Shown here: piece after piece, positions 55,701 to 64,000 of the stretch
Position numbering within the stretch: the stretch's first letter is position 1
Layout: each line of letters begins with the position of its first letter
IMG/VR virus record: IMGVR_UViG_3300042520_002918
DNA: 64,000 nucleotides
Origin: an uncultured virus (IMG/VR IMGVR_UViG_3300042520_002918)
Taxonomy: Duplodnaviria > Heunggongvirae > Uroviricota > Caudoviricetes
Reading direction: 5' to 3' (one strand)
Notes under the pieces: generated by a model
Seen by the model: only the letters and a program-made list of their open reading frames with translations
The model's database searches: none
What the model was told of the DNA's origin: nothing
Translations under genes and position numbers: made by a program

Positions 55701-57679
55701 GAATTGCTCGAATCGTTGGGGACGGAATGGCAGCCGGATTGAGCGAAGTGGACATTACTAAGTTCTTGGAAATGCATCAATTTGGTACGAGCAGTGATGG
55801 AATCATGCCGGACATAATTAAAACTCTTTTTGGCGCAAAAGATGCACAAGGCAAGGAAATGCAACAAGTCGGCAATGACCTCATGGCTGGATTTGCCATG
55901 GGTATTGAAAATGGTCGACCATATGTTTCGCAAGCGATTGACGCTGTTGGCGATGATGTAATTGCTCGTCTGAAGCGCCGCCTCGGCATCAAGAGCCCGT
56001 CAACGGTAATGGCAAAAGAAGTTGGTACACCGTCCGCAGAAGGTGTCGCTGTTGGATTCCAGGCAGAAATGGCTGGTCGTTCTGGTCGTGTAATTGAGAA
56101 GTCAATGCAAAATGCCATTATGAACGCATACAAGAAGGGTGGCTATAGGGGTGCTGGCGCTTTCTTCAAAAAGTTCCTTGAGCAAAAAGACAATGTCGAA
56201 ACACCCGCCACAGATTACGTAAAAGCAGTAATGGGTCGAATGAAGGACATTATTGGCTCACTTTCTGGTTATATCAAGTCGCAGTTAAACTTCCGCAAGG
56301 CTCAAGCCGACTTGGCAAAACTCATCAACATGCAGCGAGCGCTTGATGACCGCAGAAAACGAGCCGCTCGTGAACAGCAGTATGCGGAAACGCGCTTTGG
56401 CGTTGGTGGAGGCGCACAAGTAACAGGGTACGAACAAGCACAACTTGATGAATTGCAATTGGAATTTGAACGTGTCTCACGCGACTATGCAATGGGGCGC
56501 GCATCATATGTCCAACTTGTAGATGCAGAAATCGCCCTATTTGAAGCGCGTGCAGCAGCATCCGAGGTAAACGACACAGTTATTGATTCGCAAAACAAGT
56601 TCATCGATGCATCTGTTGATGTTGAAAACAAACAACTTAATCTTGCTGATGCAACGGTAAACGTCCTTTCCGCTTACCAAGGAGTACAAGAAGCAGCAGC
56701 AGAACTTTACGCAAATCATAAAGAACTTGAGACTGTTTATAACAATTTGGCAACAGCGACTGGAATTGCTAGTGGCAAGTTGCAAGTTGGCACAACCAAC
56801 CTAACCACCCTTGGAACCCAAGTTGGCACATACGGTGGCTATGTGTCAACTGTTGGCGGTTATGTTTCTACTCTTGGTAACAATATTGAAGTAACTGGTC
56901 AAGCATTCAACACAACTCTTGACGGTCCAGACGGAGTATTTGCAAAGATTGTAAAGGCTGGTGGAAATCTCAATACACTGACCGCCGGCATTGGGGCTGA
57001 ATTTAAAAATCTTGCTGCCGGGCTCCTCAATAAAGACAGTCAAATGTGGAAGGACCTTAACTCATTGGGTCCAGCAATTTTTAAGGCAATCCAGTTTTCG
57101 GCGAACGAATCATTTGCCAAGTCGCCACTTGTTTTGCGAATTCCAGTTACTGCAATCGTTGATGGCGGCGGCGGTGGCGGGATAAACCCAGACTCATCAC
57201 AAAGCGGACTTGGCACAAAGCCGATGACATATTCGCAATGGCTGAGTGCAAATAAGAAGTCGGTCGAGAACGCCACATTGGCAAGTTTTGGCGGCCAGTA
57301 TGCAGGAGGCGGCCAAGAGTTCCGGAACCAGTTGGTTGCCTCTGGGGCGTTCGATACTCGATACAAGAGCATTTTGAATAGTGAATGGAATAAGTATCTT
57401 GCGGGCTTTAGGGCTGTTGGTGGGCCTGTTTCCGGTGAAATGCCATATGTTGTTGGGGAGCGTGGCCCGGAAATGTTTATTCCAAAGGTTTCCGGAACAA
57501 TCGTCACGAATTCCGCTCTTGAGCGATACACCAGAAACACACAACGTCAAACAGCGACACCACAGACGTCGTCTGGCCAGCCTATTATTGTCACGGTCAA
57601 TAACCCAGTACCTGCAGCAGCGGAAGATTCAATCACCCGCCGCATGAAGGTTCTGGCAAACAGTGGATTGTTCGGGTGA
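52763..57679 (+). CDS. Tail tape measure protein
   Basis: 1638 aa, Ala/Gly-rich helical; TP901-type core (ELADALYYITSAG); LGIKSPS; GGPV...PYVVGERGPEMFIP. Confidence 0.95.
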   Translation: MAAAGTGGVSPLNVQVRITTTGVNAAARGMSAVTRAGGSMSKSLAASSISTRTLGDAMRMTATLMKYTVVGAFMNAGKQAIQMQRQFELAFSRIRGLVVVGGDSIDTMREKVLSLAGETTRAPLELADALYYITSAGIKEASTALEVLEASAKAAAAGLGTTNTVADAVTSTLNAYGQENYSAAKATDILVATVREGKAEADTFAPALGKVLPVAAAYGASFEDVSAAIAALSRGGLSAGTAAIYVRQTLSQLLKPSKQAQEVLAGVGTNADEIRKNIQEKGLFPALIELRDQLGGIENAADFTKVFGNVRALTAVLSLVGPAAEENAQIFERMQSATGDLDYAFSAYANTTDAQFNKAMAEQQTMLIKLGEGLKPVITSLLKLGTAITKTFGAFLGTGFGRGFARVAAGAVIAVAALATVMKTMSALIRLGSNLNITLFGTQFRYNATTGAITKYTTATMTASTATGTVTKSIGAWTAANGFLAGSIRMVALSMNFLTKSMAYIIPVLTIGLLLFEGFKFIAGMFNSGKEGADSLAGSVGKLNTLLDEAVKYGRSNLVFDVTINTDNADAMAAVKRMREEIEEQSPDLIPDFKSMVTKQGAQAGALYIQSMLDTAFAGNTKEFKDTFVALMLSVRPDVAKAFRELGASVDYNEAFGDPLTNAETFQALASAVASGADVISSESIKAGDGLETFIKKVTDTEMEEHAYRSKEALGAYGQAFTDTIQNTGQLNPLVANIRKWQAYFESAGTSSNTQAEVISQIVGPALKGLTGDFELVGESAGNFRDVFLKTANETAAIKFIENTFGVEGQRALEILEVLRDRMRAIPSGAKGAAASAKVLVDALGEMSVKSEEVVRSVYSLDTAVTALGDRFSEGLHPEIQGLVDDFDAAQAALKNFQRGQEALMGVTRGMTEAQIDFRDSMRNFREDASKAGGDLFSGSVNADKAQEGLLDAMDSVLEVVNQFALAGDEAGATRALGEGIARIVGDGMAAGLSEVDITKFLEMHQFGTSSDGIMPDIIKTLFGAKDAQGKEMQQVGNDLMAGFAMGIENGRPYVSQAIDAVGDDVIARLKRRLGIKSPSTVMAKEVGTPSAEGVAVGFQAEMAGRSGRVIEKSMQNAIMNAYKKGGYRGAGAFFKKFLEQKDNVETPATDYVKAVMGRMKDIIGSLSGYIKSQLNFRKAQADLAKLINMQRALDDRRKRAAREQQYAETRFGVGGGAQVTGYEQAQLDELQLEFERVSRDYAMGRASYVQLVDAEIALFEARAAASEVNDTVIDSQNKFIDASVDVENKQLNLADATVNVLSAYQGVQEAAAELYANHKELETVYNNLATATGIASGKLQVGTTNLTTLGTQVGTYGGYVSTVGGYVSTLGNNIEVTGQAFNTTLDGPDGVFAKIVKAGGNLNTLTAGIGAEFKNLAAGLLNKDSQMWKDLNSLGPAIFKAIQFSANESFAKSPLVLRIPVTAIVDGGGGGGINPDSSQSGLGTKPMTYSQWLSANKKSVENATLASFGGQYAGGGQEFRNQLVASGAFDTRYKSILNSEWNKYLAGFRAVGGPVSGEMPYVVGERGPEMFIPKVSGTIVTNSALERYTRNTQRQTATPQTSSGQPIIVTVNNPVPAAAEDSITRRMKVLANSGLFG

Positions 57680-57684
57680 TATAG

Positions 57685-58557
57685 GTGTCTACAGCGCTTC
57701 CAAATGTTCTTGAGTGGTACGACGTCAATGGGGTAGAACTTGCCACTCACGGCTACATGCTTTCAAGTGTTGAGCGCGGCATTCCCGCTAAAAAGGGAGA
57801 AAATGTTGGCTCGGCCATTATTCACGGAACACAATGGCGTGAAAAACGGCTTGACACACGTACAGAAACATGGACCATTTGGGTTAGTGACAATGACCCA
57901 GTAAGCGGCTCGGTCGCAGCGACTGAGGCTGGACGACGCTCACAGTTCAACGAAAACTACGACACGGTTTTTAATCTGCTTAACGAAATGCCTGAACTTC
58001 TTACGGTCACCCATGTTCGCATCAATCCAGACAACCCTTTGAATTATTCTTCGCGAGTTGCTTACGGTGAAGTTGTTGGCGCAGTAACTGTTTCGGACCA
58101 TCGTGACTTGAACGTAACTGAATTTACAGTTGATGTTCAGTTTCCTGACCCAAGATGGTTTGCCCTTACAAGCACTTCAGCATCTGCAAACTTCTCCACC
58201 ACTCCGGTTGCGGTTCCGATGTCCGCGAGCGCAGTAGGCACTGCGCCGATTACCTATATGACAATTACTTTTACTTCCACTAACAATCTGACCAATCCTC
58301 GCCTTGTTAACGAAACCTACGCTTCGAGTCAAACAGCAATTGGTTACAACGGCACAATACCAACTGGACAATCTGTTGTTATTGATACTGACGCTTTGAC
58401 GCTAAAGAAAAATAACGTTAATGATATTGCCAATTTGTATCGTGCTGGCGCTCGTCAATCATGGTTTGAGATATTCCCATTAAGCAACACGATTTCATGT
58501 AGCCGCACATCCGGGTCCGGAACAGTGACAATTTCCTATCGGAAGGCCTATTACTAA
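57685..58557 (+). CDS. Distal tail protein (Dit-like)
   Basis: Directly after tape measure; F.V.VQFPDPRWF, VGTAP, NPRLVN, VTISYRKAYY. Confidence 0.82.
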   Translation: MSTALPNVLEWYDVNGVELATHGYMLSSVERGIPAKKGENVGSAIIHGTQWREKRLDTRTETWTIWVSDNDPVSGSVAATEAGRRSQFNENYDTVFNLLNEMPELLTVTHVRINPDNPLNYSSRVAYGEVVGAVTVSDHRDLNVTEFTVDVQFPDPRWFALTSTSASANFSTTPVAVPMSASAVGTAPITYMTITFTSTNNLTNPRLVNETYASSQTAIGYNGTIPTGQSVVIDTDALTLKKNNVNDIANLYRAGARQSWFEIFPLSNTISCSRTSGSGTVTISYRKAYY

Positions 58558-61500
58558 TGGCTAAAACAACCTGGGATGTTTGGGTTGTTCTAGCAAACGA
58601 CCCAAACCAAACAATTGCGTATTTGCCGCGCTGGAAGTCAATTCAGTTATCCGACCAATTAAACGACGTTGGCTCAGCAACTTTGGAGCACGATTTTTCA
58701 GACCCATTCTTTGATGCTTTTCAAGCAGAGCGTGGAGATTCTTTGCTTGACGGTCCATACGCTCTGCAAGTTCGCAGAGATGGAGACCCGGTATTTACGT
58801 TTTTTATTGAGGATGTGCAAGTTGACCGCGCCGGAGTAAGTCAGCCGCTTGTTATTGGTGGGCGCGGCATTGCTTCTGCTCTTGGGTGGGGAATTGTCCT
58901 TCCAGAGGATTTCAGCAATCAGGCACGAGCAACTGCAGGCACAACACAGCGACCGAAGTTTTTTGACCGACTGTTCCCCGGTTACGCATATAACGTAAGA
59001 GTTGCAACGACTGGCAATCTCTCTGCCACCTATGAATCTGGTCCACAGACAGATGTGGCTGGTGCTGGAGCACGCCTTACAGCAACTGCCAATGGTTCTA
59101 TAAACAACTCCGGAATTGATGGCGTTACAGACCTGGTCGTCGGCGACACCATCCTTGTAAAAAACCAAACAACACAAGCCCATAACGGTGTCTATTGGAT
59201 TGTTTCTATTGGTGGCTCTTCAAATCCTTGGGTTATTCAGCGCACTGCAAGGGCAGACGGAAGTCCAATCTCAGACCTTGAAGTCGGCAACGCAGCCTTC
59301 GTAAATGAAGGAACAACTAATGGGTATAAATCTTTTGCTATTACATCAAATGGTGGTCTGACATCATCAAATCAAGTTGGCTCAGTAAGCATTGTCTGGA
59401 CCGAAGTTTCGCTTGGTGCGTTCACTGGAATATCTGCCTTTTACATCCTCTTTACAGAAGCAGATACTGGCTATGAGTATTCGACAAAGAAGGAAGACTT
59501 TGGCGCAATCAAAACTCTTAACGGCCGTGGAGGAATCGGATACGCGGTTGACTGGCCACTTTCTCTTGATGCAACCCTCACATCATCTTTGGGTAAAACA
59601 GACTCGAAAGGGCGAGTCGTTCGAGATGGAGGAAACTTCAACATTGCAGTTGGCCGAACTCTTCTTGATGTAATAAACGAAGTTTCCGCAAATACTGGCG
59701 TGGATTGGCATGTCTCGCCAAGCGGCGTTATCAGTGTTGCAGTAAGGCCGTTTACCACTGACACAATTGTGTTTGACGAACCATTTGGCGATGACATGAC
59801 CAGTGGTTCTGCAGCACTCATTTTTAGTCTTCCAATGCTGGAGACCGTAGAAACACGAACGTCAGTTTCTGAACTACGAACAGTTGTTTATGGCTCGGAC
59901 GGGTTCAATCTGGATAGGCAAATCTCTGACCGCACAGGAACTTACGGTTTCCGTGAAATGTTTATTGAGAATACGTCGGAAGATGCTCCGGCCGTTGCAA
60001 ATATCACTGCCTCTGCGGTTCGCCAGGTTCGCGATGGCAAGTTGCAAATAACCACATCATTTGCTGAGCGAGACGGCATGACCGCGTGGGAAGACTTTGA
60101 CATTGGCGACAAAGTACTCGTGGAAATTGATACAGGAGTATTCAGCGAACGAATTATCAGTGCGATAAGTGCTTCTATCGACGAAAACGGCAACGAAACA
60201 ATTGAAGTCACTTTCGGAGACATCTTTCAGGATATTGCAAGCAACCTAAAGTACGCAGCAAACTACGGGCGTCTCGGTGCTGCTGAAATACCAACATTTA
60301 CGCTTCGCGGCACATCATCAAAGCCGTTGGCGCCAACAGGAACTTCTGTTGGCGCTGAAGTTGTTGGGATGAGCAACAGAGTTGTTGCCTCTTGGGAATC
60401 CCCAGACAACACAAGCGCTACTCATTACGAAGCGATTGTTTACCGAGAAGAGCAAAACAGTGTTGGAATAGCAATTAGTTATCCAATTGTCGACATCTAC
60501 CGTGACGGAAATATTGCTTATGCAGAAGTCGATGACCAGCATGGCTTTAATGTTGGCGACTTAATCAATATCACTGGCACTACAGACGGATACTTTGACA
60601 GAACTCTTGTGTTTTTGACAAGTGCGTCAGCAACTTTTTTTACATTTGACGACGTAGGCCCAGACATCCCAACAGGAACAGCATCTGTCGGAGACGTAAC
60701 TCGAATTGTTGAGCGTCACTCGGCCACGGTTGCCGCAGACAAAAACTCTGCAGTGTTTGAGAATCTTGCTGCTCCTGGGCGAGAATACCAATTTACAATT
60801 CTTCCATATACGACAAACGGTCAGTCCGGCGTGCCATCTCCTCCGTTTTCCTTCACCGCTTCGGCAAGCGCTCAGGTCTTGTTCAACGGAGCAATCCGCT
60901 CAAACAACTATGTTGCAGACACAAGCGGATGGACAATTGAAGCATCTGGAGATGCAGAACTCAACTCAGTAACAGTACGAAATGGCACATGGGTTCAAGG
61001 AACACTTACCGCACCAACGCTCCAAACATCTACATCTAATCCTCGAATTATCATAGATTCTTCAGGACTCCGAGCATTCAATAACGCCGGAGATTTGGTA
61101 ACTCAAATTAGTTCCGTGACTGGTGACCTTTACACAGTTGACGGATATTTTGCTGGTCAAATTATTGGTTCAACAATTGATATTGGTGGTTTTGACGCCA
61201 CATCTTTCCACGTTGGTGCAAATGGAGACATGTGGTCCGGTTCCGCCAGCATAAGCAATGCTCCATTTTCGGTAACAAATGCTGGTTACATGACTGCAGC
61301 AACAGGAAAAATCGGAGACCTGGAAATACAACCTGGATATCTACAACTTGGCGGCACATTCTTGGGGAATATGTTTATTGGAAACCTTGATTCTGCTGAA
61401 GGATGGGCGGACAGTCAAGGGTATGACGCGGCAGGAATGAAATTGAATGGTCCAGAAAGCATTGACTCATTTGGTTCAAAATCAATTTTGACATGGGAAA

Positions 61501-62117
61501 AACTTGAGTTGTGGGCATCTGATGGCAACCCGGCAACAACAGAAAAACTTGCAGTATGGAAAGAAGGAATTCAATATCAAGCAAATGATTACACGGACAG
61601 AATCGGATTCTTTTGGGACGCAGATACCCTTACGTTATTTGCCCGCATTGTTCATGATGACAACACGGAAACAATTTATTGTCTTGAAGAGTGCGCTGGT
61701 TCGCCAAGCCCAGTTGACCCAGTATCCCCGGTCGACCCAGTTGGTCCAGTTGCCCCGGTTGACCCAGTATCTCCAGTGGAACCTTCCTATGAGGGTCAAC
61801 TATGCACGACGTTCCTTTACATTAACGAAATTTGTGGTTATGAAAATCAATGCCTTGCGCCATTCCAGAACGCGCCGAATGACTGTAACGGCATCTACAC
61901 TCCCCCGGTAACGCCGCCGGTAACTCCGCCGGTCACGCCGCCTGTTACTCCGCCGGTCACGCCGCCTGTTACTCCGCCGGTCACGCCGCCAGTTACTCCG
62001 CCAGTTACTCCGCCGGTGACACCTCCTGTTACTCCGCCAGTAAGCCCTCCTCCTGTCTGTGACCCGCCATGCGAACCAGGATTTACGTGTGTAGCGACCA
62101 ATACCTGCATAGGATAA
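58557..62117 (+). CDS. Tail-tip hub/central fibre protein with FN3-like domains and Pro/Cys-rich C-terminus
   Basis: LNDVGSATL, DFDIGDKV, IEVTFGD hub motifs; SNNYVA..SGW.I..G.AE; C-terminal (PVx)8, Cys cluster, (TPPV)12. Confidence 0.87.
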   Translation: MAKTTWDVWVVLANDPNQTIAYLPRWKSIQLSDQLNDVGSATLEHDFSDPFFDAFQAERGDSLLDGPYALQVRRDGDPVFTFFIEDVQVDRAGVSQPLVIGGRGIASALGWGIVLPEDFSNQARATAGTTQRPKFFDRLFPGYAYNVRVATTGNLSATYESGPQTDVAGAGARLTATANGSINNSGIDGVTDLVVGDTILVKNQTTQAHNGVYWIVSIGGSSNPWVIQRTARADGSPISDLEVGNAAFVNEGTTNGYKSFAITSNGGLTSSNQVGSVSIVWTEVSLGAFTGISAFYILFTEADTGYEYSTKKEDFGAIKTLNGRGGIGYAVDWPLSLDATLTSSLGKTDSKGRVVRDGGNFNIAVGRTLLDVINEVSANTGVDWHVSPSGVISVAVRPFTTDTIVFDEPFGDDMTSGSAALIFSLPMLETVETRTSVSELRTVVYGSDGFNLDRQISDRTGTYGFREMFIENTSEDAPAVANITASAVRQVRDGKLQITTSFAERDGMTAWEDFDIGDKVLVEIDTGVFSERIISAISASIDENGNETIEVTFGDIFQDIASNLKYAANYGRLGAAEIPTFTLRGTSSKPLAPTGTSVGAEVVGMSNRVVASWESPDNTSATHYEAIVYREEQNSVGIAISYPIVDIYRDGNIAYAEVDDQHGFNVGDLINITGTTDGYFDRTLVFLTSASATFFTFDDVGPDIPTGTASVGDVTRIVERHSATVAADKNSAVFENLAAPGREYQFTILPYTTNGQSGVPSPPFSFTASASAQVLFNGAIRSNNYVADTSGWTIEASGDAELNSVTVRNGTWVQGTLTAPTLQTSTSNPRIIIDSSGLRAFNNAGDLVTQISSVTGDLYTVDGYFAGQIIGSTIDIGGFDATSFHVGANGDMWSGSASISNAPFSVTNAGYMTAATGKIGDLEIQPGYLQLGGTFLGNMFIGNLDSAEGWADSQGYDAAGMKLNGPESIDSFGSKSILTWEKLELWASDGNPATTEKLAVWKEGIQYQANDYTDRIGFFWDADTLTLFARIVHDDNTETIYCLEECAGSPSPVDPVSPVDPVGPVAPVDPVSPVEPSYEGQLCTTFLYINEICGYENQCLAPFQNAPNDCNGIYTPPVTPPVTPPVTPPVTPPVTPPVTPPVTPPVTPPVTPPVTPPVTPPVSPPPVCDPPCEPGFTCVATNTCIG
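61710..61781 (+). repeat. 8 x 9-bp coding repeat (PV[D/S/G/A/E])
   Basis: PVD PVS PVD PVG PVA PVD PVS PVE read from the sequence. Confidence 0.9.
61899..62042 (+). repeat. 12 x 12-bp coding tandem repeat (TPPV)12
   Basis: Read directly from DNA; synonymous variation between units. Confidence 0.95.
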
Positions 62118-62129
62118 GATTTAACAACT

Positions 62130-62330
62130 ATGGCACGCCGTCGTTTCGTATTTATCGCTCAAGGCGATGTATTTATGCAACTTGTAATGCAGGATGATTA
62201 TGATTCAAAAGCGCCTATGTGGGCCGCTGGACTTTCTAGTAATCCAACAGTTGTCGAAGTTACTGATTCACCAGAGGTTTTGCCTGGGTGGACATACGAT
62301 GGGACTTCTTTTCACGCTCCAGAAGAATAA
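62130..62330 (+). CDS. Small fibre-associated protein
   Basis: Ends GWTYDGTSFHAP, a motif common in small genes following fibres. Confidence 0.7.
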   Translation: MARRRFVFIAQGDVFMQLVMQDDYDSKAPMWAAGLSSNPTVVEVTDSPEVLPGWTYDGTSFHAPEE

Positions 62331-62359
62331 GCATTTACTAACGAAATTGTGAGGATGAA

Positions 62360-62770
62360 ATGATTACAGAAACATCTGGGCTTTTTTACGATGGGGTCGA
62401 GTGTGGGTATAGGTGGATTCCCTCCGAGCAACGCGGCTTGGAAAAGGGCTCTTCTTTGGGTGTCGCAGTTGCGGTGATAATGGGCAATCAGGTAGTGGCA
62501 ACATTCCCAACCTACCCGCCAATTTGGGAAGCCCTAAACGGTGGCAACATTGTTGACGTAACTGAATCTGGCAATCACAATGTTCAAGAAGGACACGCAG
62601 TAATAGAAATTCAAAAAGAAGGCAATACTCAATACGTATTACATATCTCAAGTGAACTTCTTGCTGCCGCGCTAACAAGTGGGGCTACACTTGCAAGGAT
62701 AGAGGCTGACAACTACGCGGTTATGGCTGGATGGGGATACTCAAATGGAAACTTCACAGAACCAACCTGA
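62360..62770 (+). CDS. Fibre-associated protein, paralogous C-terminus to the previous gene
   Basis: AAALTS...GWGYSNGNFTEP versus AAGLSS...GWTYDGTSFHAP. Confidence 0.7.
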   Translation: MITETSGLFYDGVECGYRWIPSEQRGLEKGSSLGVAVAVIMGNQVVATFPTYPPIWEALNGGNIVDVTESGNHNVQEGHAVIEIQKEGNTQYVLHISSELLAAALTSGATLARIEADNYAVMAGWGYSNGNFTEPT

Positions 62771-63002
62771 AACAAACTGGGATAAGTTTAAGAAAAAACT
62801 TGCTGCTCAAGGTCAGGCGCGGCCATGGCATCTATTGAATCCTGGAATGCACGTCCCAGACGATGTAGTTGCTGCAAGGCTTGAAATTTGCAAGGGTTGC
62901 GATTCATTTATTAGCAAAACAAGCCAATGTCGCGAGTGTGGATGCATAATGCCGCTTAAGGCAAGGCTTGGCCATGCTGTTTGTCCACTCAATAAGTGGT
63001 GA
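62745..63002 (+). CDS. Small Cys-rich protein (DUF6171-like)
   Basis: RLEICKGC...QCRECGC.M.LK..L....CPLNKW. Confidence 0.75.
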   Translation: METSQNQPETNWDKFKKKLAAQGQARPWHLLNPGMHVPDDVVAARLEICKGCDSFISKTSQCRECGCIMPLKARLGHAVCPLNKW

Positions 63003-63005
63003 TTT

Positions 63006-64000
63006 ATGCCAAGGCGTGACGGCGTAATTAAGTTTGATTTGCCAACGCCGCTGGTTGATGAGCCACAATTAATCAATAATTTTCTGCCAGAAGAATTATT
63101 TAAAAGAGTAAAAAAATCTGTAGATGATTTAAAACTTGGCCCAAGTGGCAACAAGCAATATCACACGATGATAGGTAGATGGGAATCGTCAATATCCCTA
63201 GACCCAGACATTGAGGAATACTGTCTAAAAATGGCAAGAGAAATCTTTAATGACGACACATTAGAGAAGGCATATTTCTTTGTTTCTAGATATCAAATTC
63301 AAAATGGCTGCACACCATCTCTTTGGGAACACTATGACCAGAATGGCACCCAGACAACAATAGATTTAACAATTGAAAACACTGCTAATTGGGACCTTCG
63401 TGTTGAGAGGGTTGACTACAAGCAAGAAGCGAACAGCGCAATCATTTTCGCTGGTCAACAGCACATGCACGCACGGCCACCGTATCCAACCACGGATGAC
63501 TCATTGAGCACTGTTGTTTTGTTCATGCATTTCACTCAGCCAAGCCACTGGATTCAAACTGAAAAAAACGGCGTGCAAAAATATGGAAGAGATGGAGACA
63601 TTCGATATTTTAATAAAAACAGATACATACCACTTCCAGATTGTCCAGTTGAACAGCCAGTTTGCCCGTGCCACGACTACTCAAATGTTTTGGGAACATA
63701 CACGGAAATGTTTAGCAAGTTTACTGATGACGAGGTGGAGATAACCGAATTGCCAATATTGTCAAAAAAGGTTCTTGCTCCAGGAATTGTCGAGTACATG
63801 GTTCCACGAGAAGCATCGCTCACTCTTGACGGACTCACTAGAAATGTTTGTTTTAGATTTTGGAAGCGCGCTGAGGTTTTGAGTCCGGACAGGAAACCGA
63901 CTGTCGACTATAACGCAAGGCGCTGCTATGTAAATTTCTTAAACAGTTCTGCGGAAGAGTGCCATCCTCACGACCCGGCAAACCGCTTATATTCAAGCCT
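63006..64000 (+). CDS. Fe(II)/2OG dioxygenase, runs off the window and possibly has two domains (not in ORF track)
   Basis: Open from ATG 63006 to the end: INNFLPEE...RYQ...LWEHYD (HxD)...W.L.VE...NSAIIFAGQQHMHAR; then LAPGIVEY...W..AEV...R.C, resembling the start of a second P4H-like domain. Confidence 0.8.
   Translation, partial: MPRRDGVIKFDLPTPLVDEPQLINNFLPEELFKRVKKSVDDLKLGPSGNKQYHTMIGRWESSISLDPDIEEYCLKMAREIFNDDTLEKAYFFVSRYQIQNGCTPSLWEHYDQNGTQTTIDLTIENTANWDLRVERVDYKQEANSAIIFAGQQHMHARPPYPTTDDSLSTVVLFMHFTQPSHWIQTEKNGVQKYGRDGDIRYFNKNRYIPLPDCPVEQPVCPCHDYSNVLGTYTEMFSKFTDDEVEITELPILSKKVLAPGIVEYMVPREASLTLDGLTRNVCFRFWKRAEVLSPDRKPTVDYNARRCYVNFLNSSAEECHPHDPANRLYSS

Larger units (their letters stand above)
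1..64000. mobile_element. Segment of a large tailed (siphovirus-like) bacteriophage genome, probable actinobacterial host
   Basis: Portal, prohead protease, HK97-type capsid, neck genes, major tail protein, tape measure, distal tail protein, endolysin, RNR, SSB. Dense, mostly + strand genes with no host housekeeping genes. Confidence 0.97.

Noticed and set aside
61899..62042. Tandem repeats as CRISPR array or non-coding VNTR
   Set aside because: 12-bp in-frame units with synonymous variation and no unique spacers; no cas genes. The Cas4-like exonuclease at 9055 is a common stand-alone phage gene.
1..64000. tRNA/rRNA genes, integrase, terminase, alternative genetic code
   Set aside because: Intergenic gaps are short with no cloverleaf seen; no integrase or terminase motifs in this window; genes are full length under the standard code and all three stop codons are used.

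Overview
The whole window is part of a large tailed dsDNA phage genome with siphovirus-type structural genes: an HK97-fold capsid, a 1638-aa tape measure, a distal tail protein and a tail-tip hub. An actinobacterial host, possibly Acidimicrobiia-like, is inferred from the SSB sequence, the M15 endolysin and many leaderless TAnnnT-N6/7-ATG promoters. Left to right: small membrane genes; a glycosyltransferase/methyltransferase/NDP-sugar epimerase operon; a secreted subtilase; class II ribonucleotide reductase; MazG, nucleases and SSB; the head module (portal-MuF fusion, multidomain prohead protease, capsid); neck genes; a run of fibre-like genes; a ~13-kb protein-modification island; a mucin-like membrane protein; an SNF2/HARP helicase; lysis genes; and the tail module. 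The most notable feature is a candidate phage-encoded proline hydroxylation plus glycosylation system for virion appendages. Two fibre/tail-tip proteins end in 12 tandem Pro-Pro tetrapeptides, (PP[F/Y/C]F)12 and (TPPV)12, capped by cysteines, and each is followed by Fe(II)/2OG dioxygenase genes. The window holds 8 intact-looking dioxygenases and 1 degenerate one, and the first cluster also contains two GT-B glycosyltransferases and redox helpers. Other hidden signals are apparent avoidance of GATC and AGCT, a protease that may be a polyprotein cut at E/D-x-K motifs, and several small ORFs missing from the ORF track. All assignments come from motif recognition by eye; no searches were run. No terminase, tRNA, rRNA, CRISPR array or reverse transcriptase was seen.
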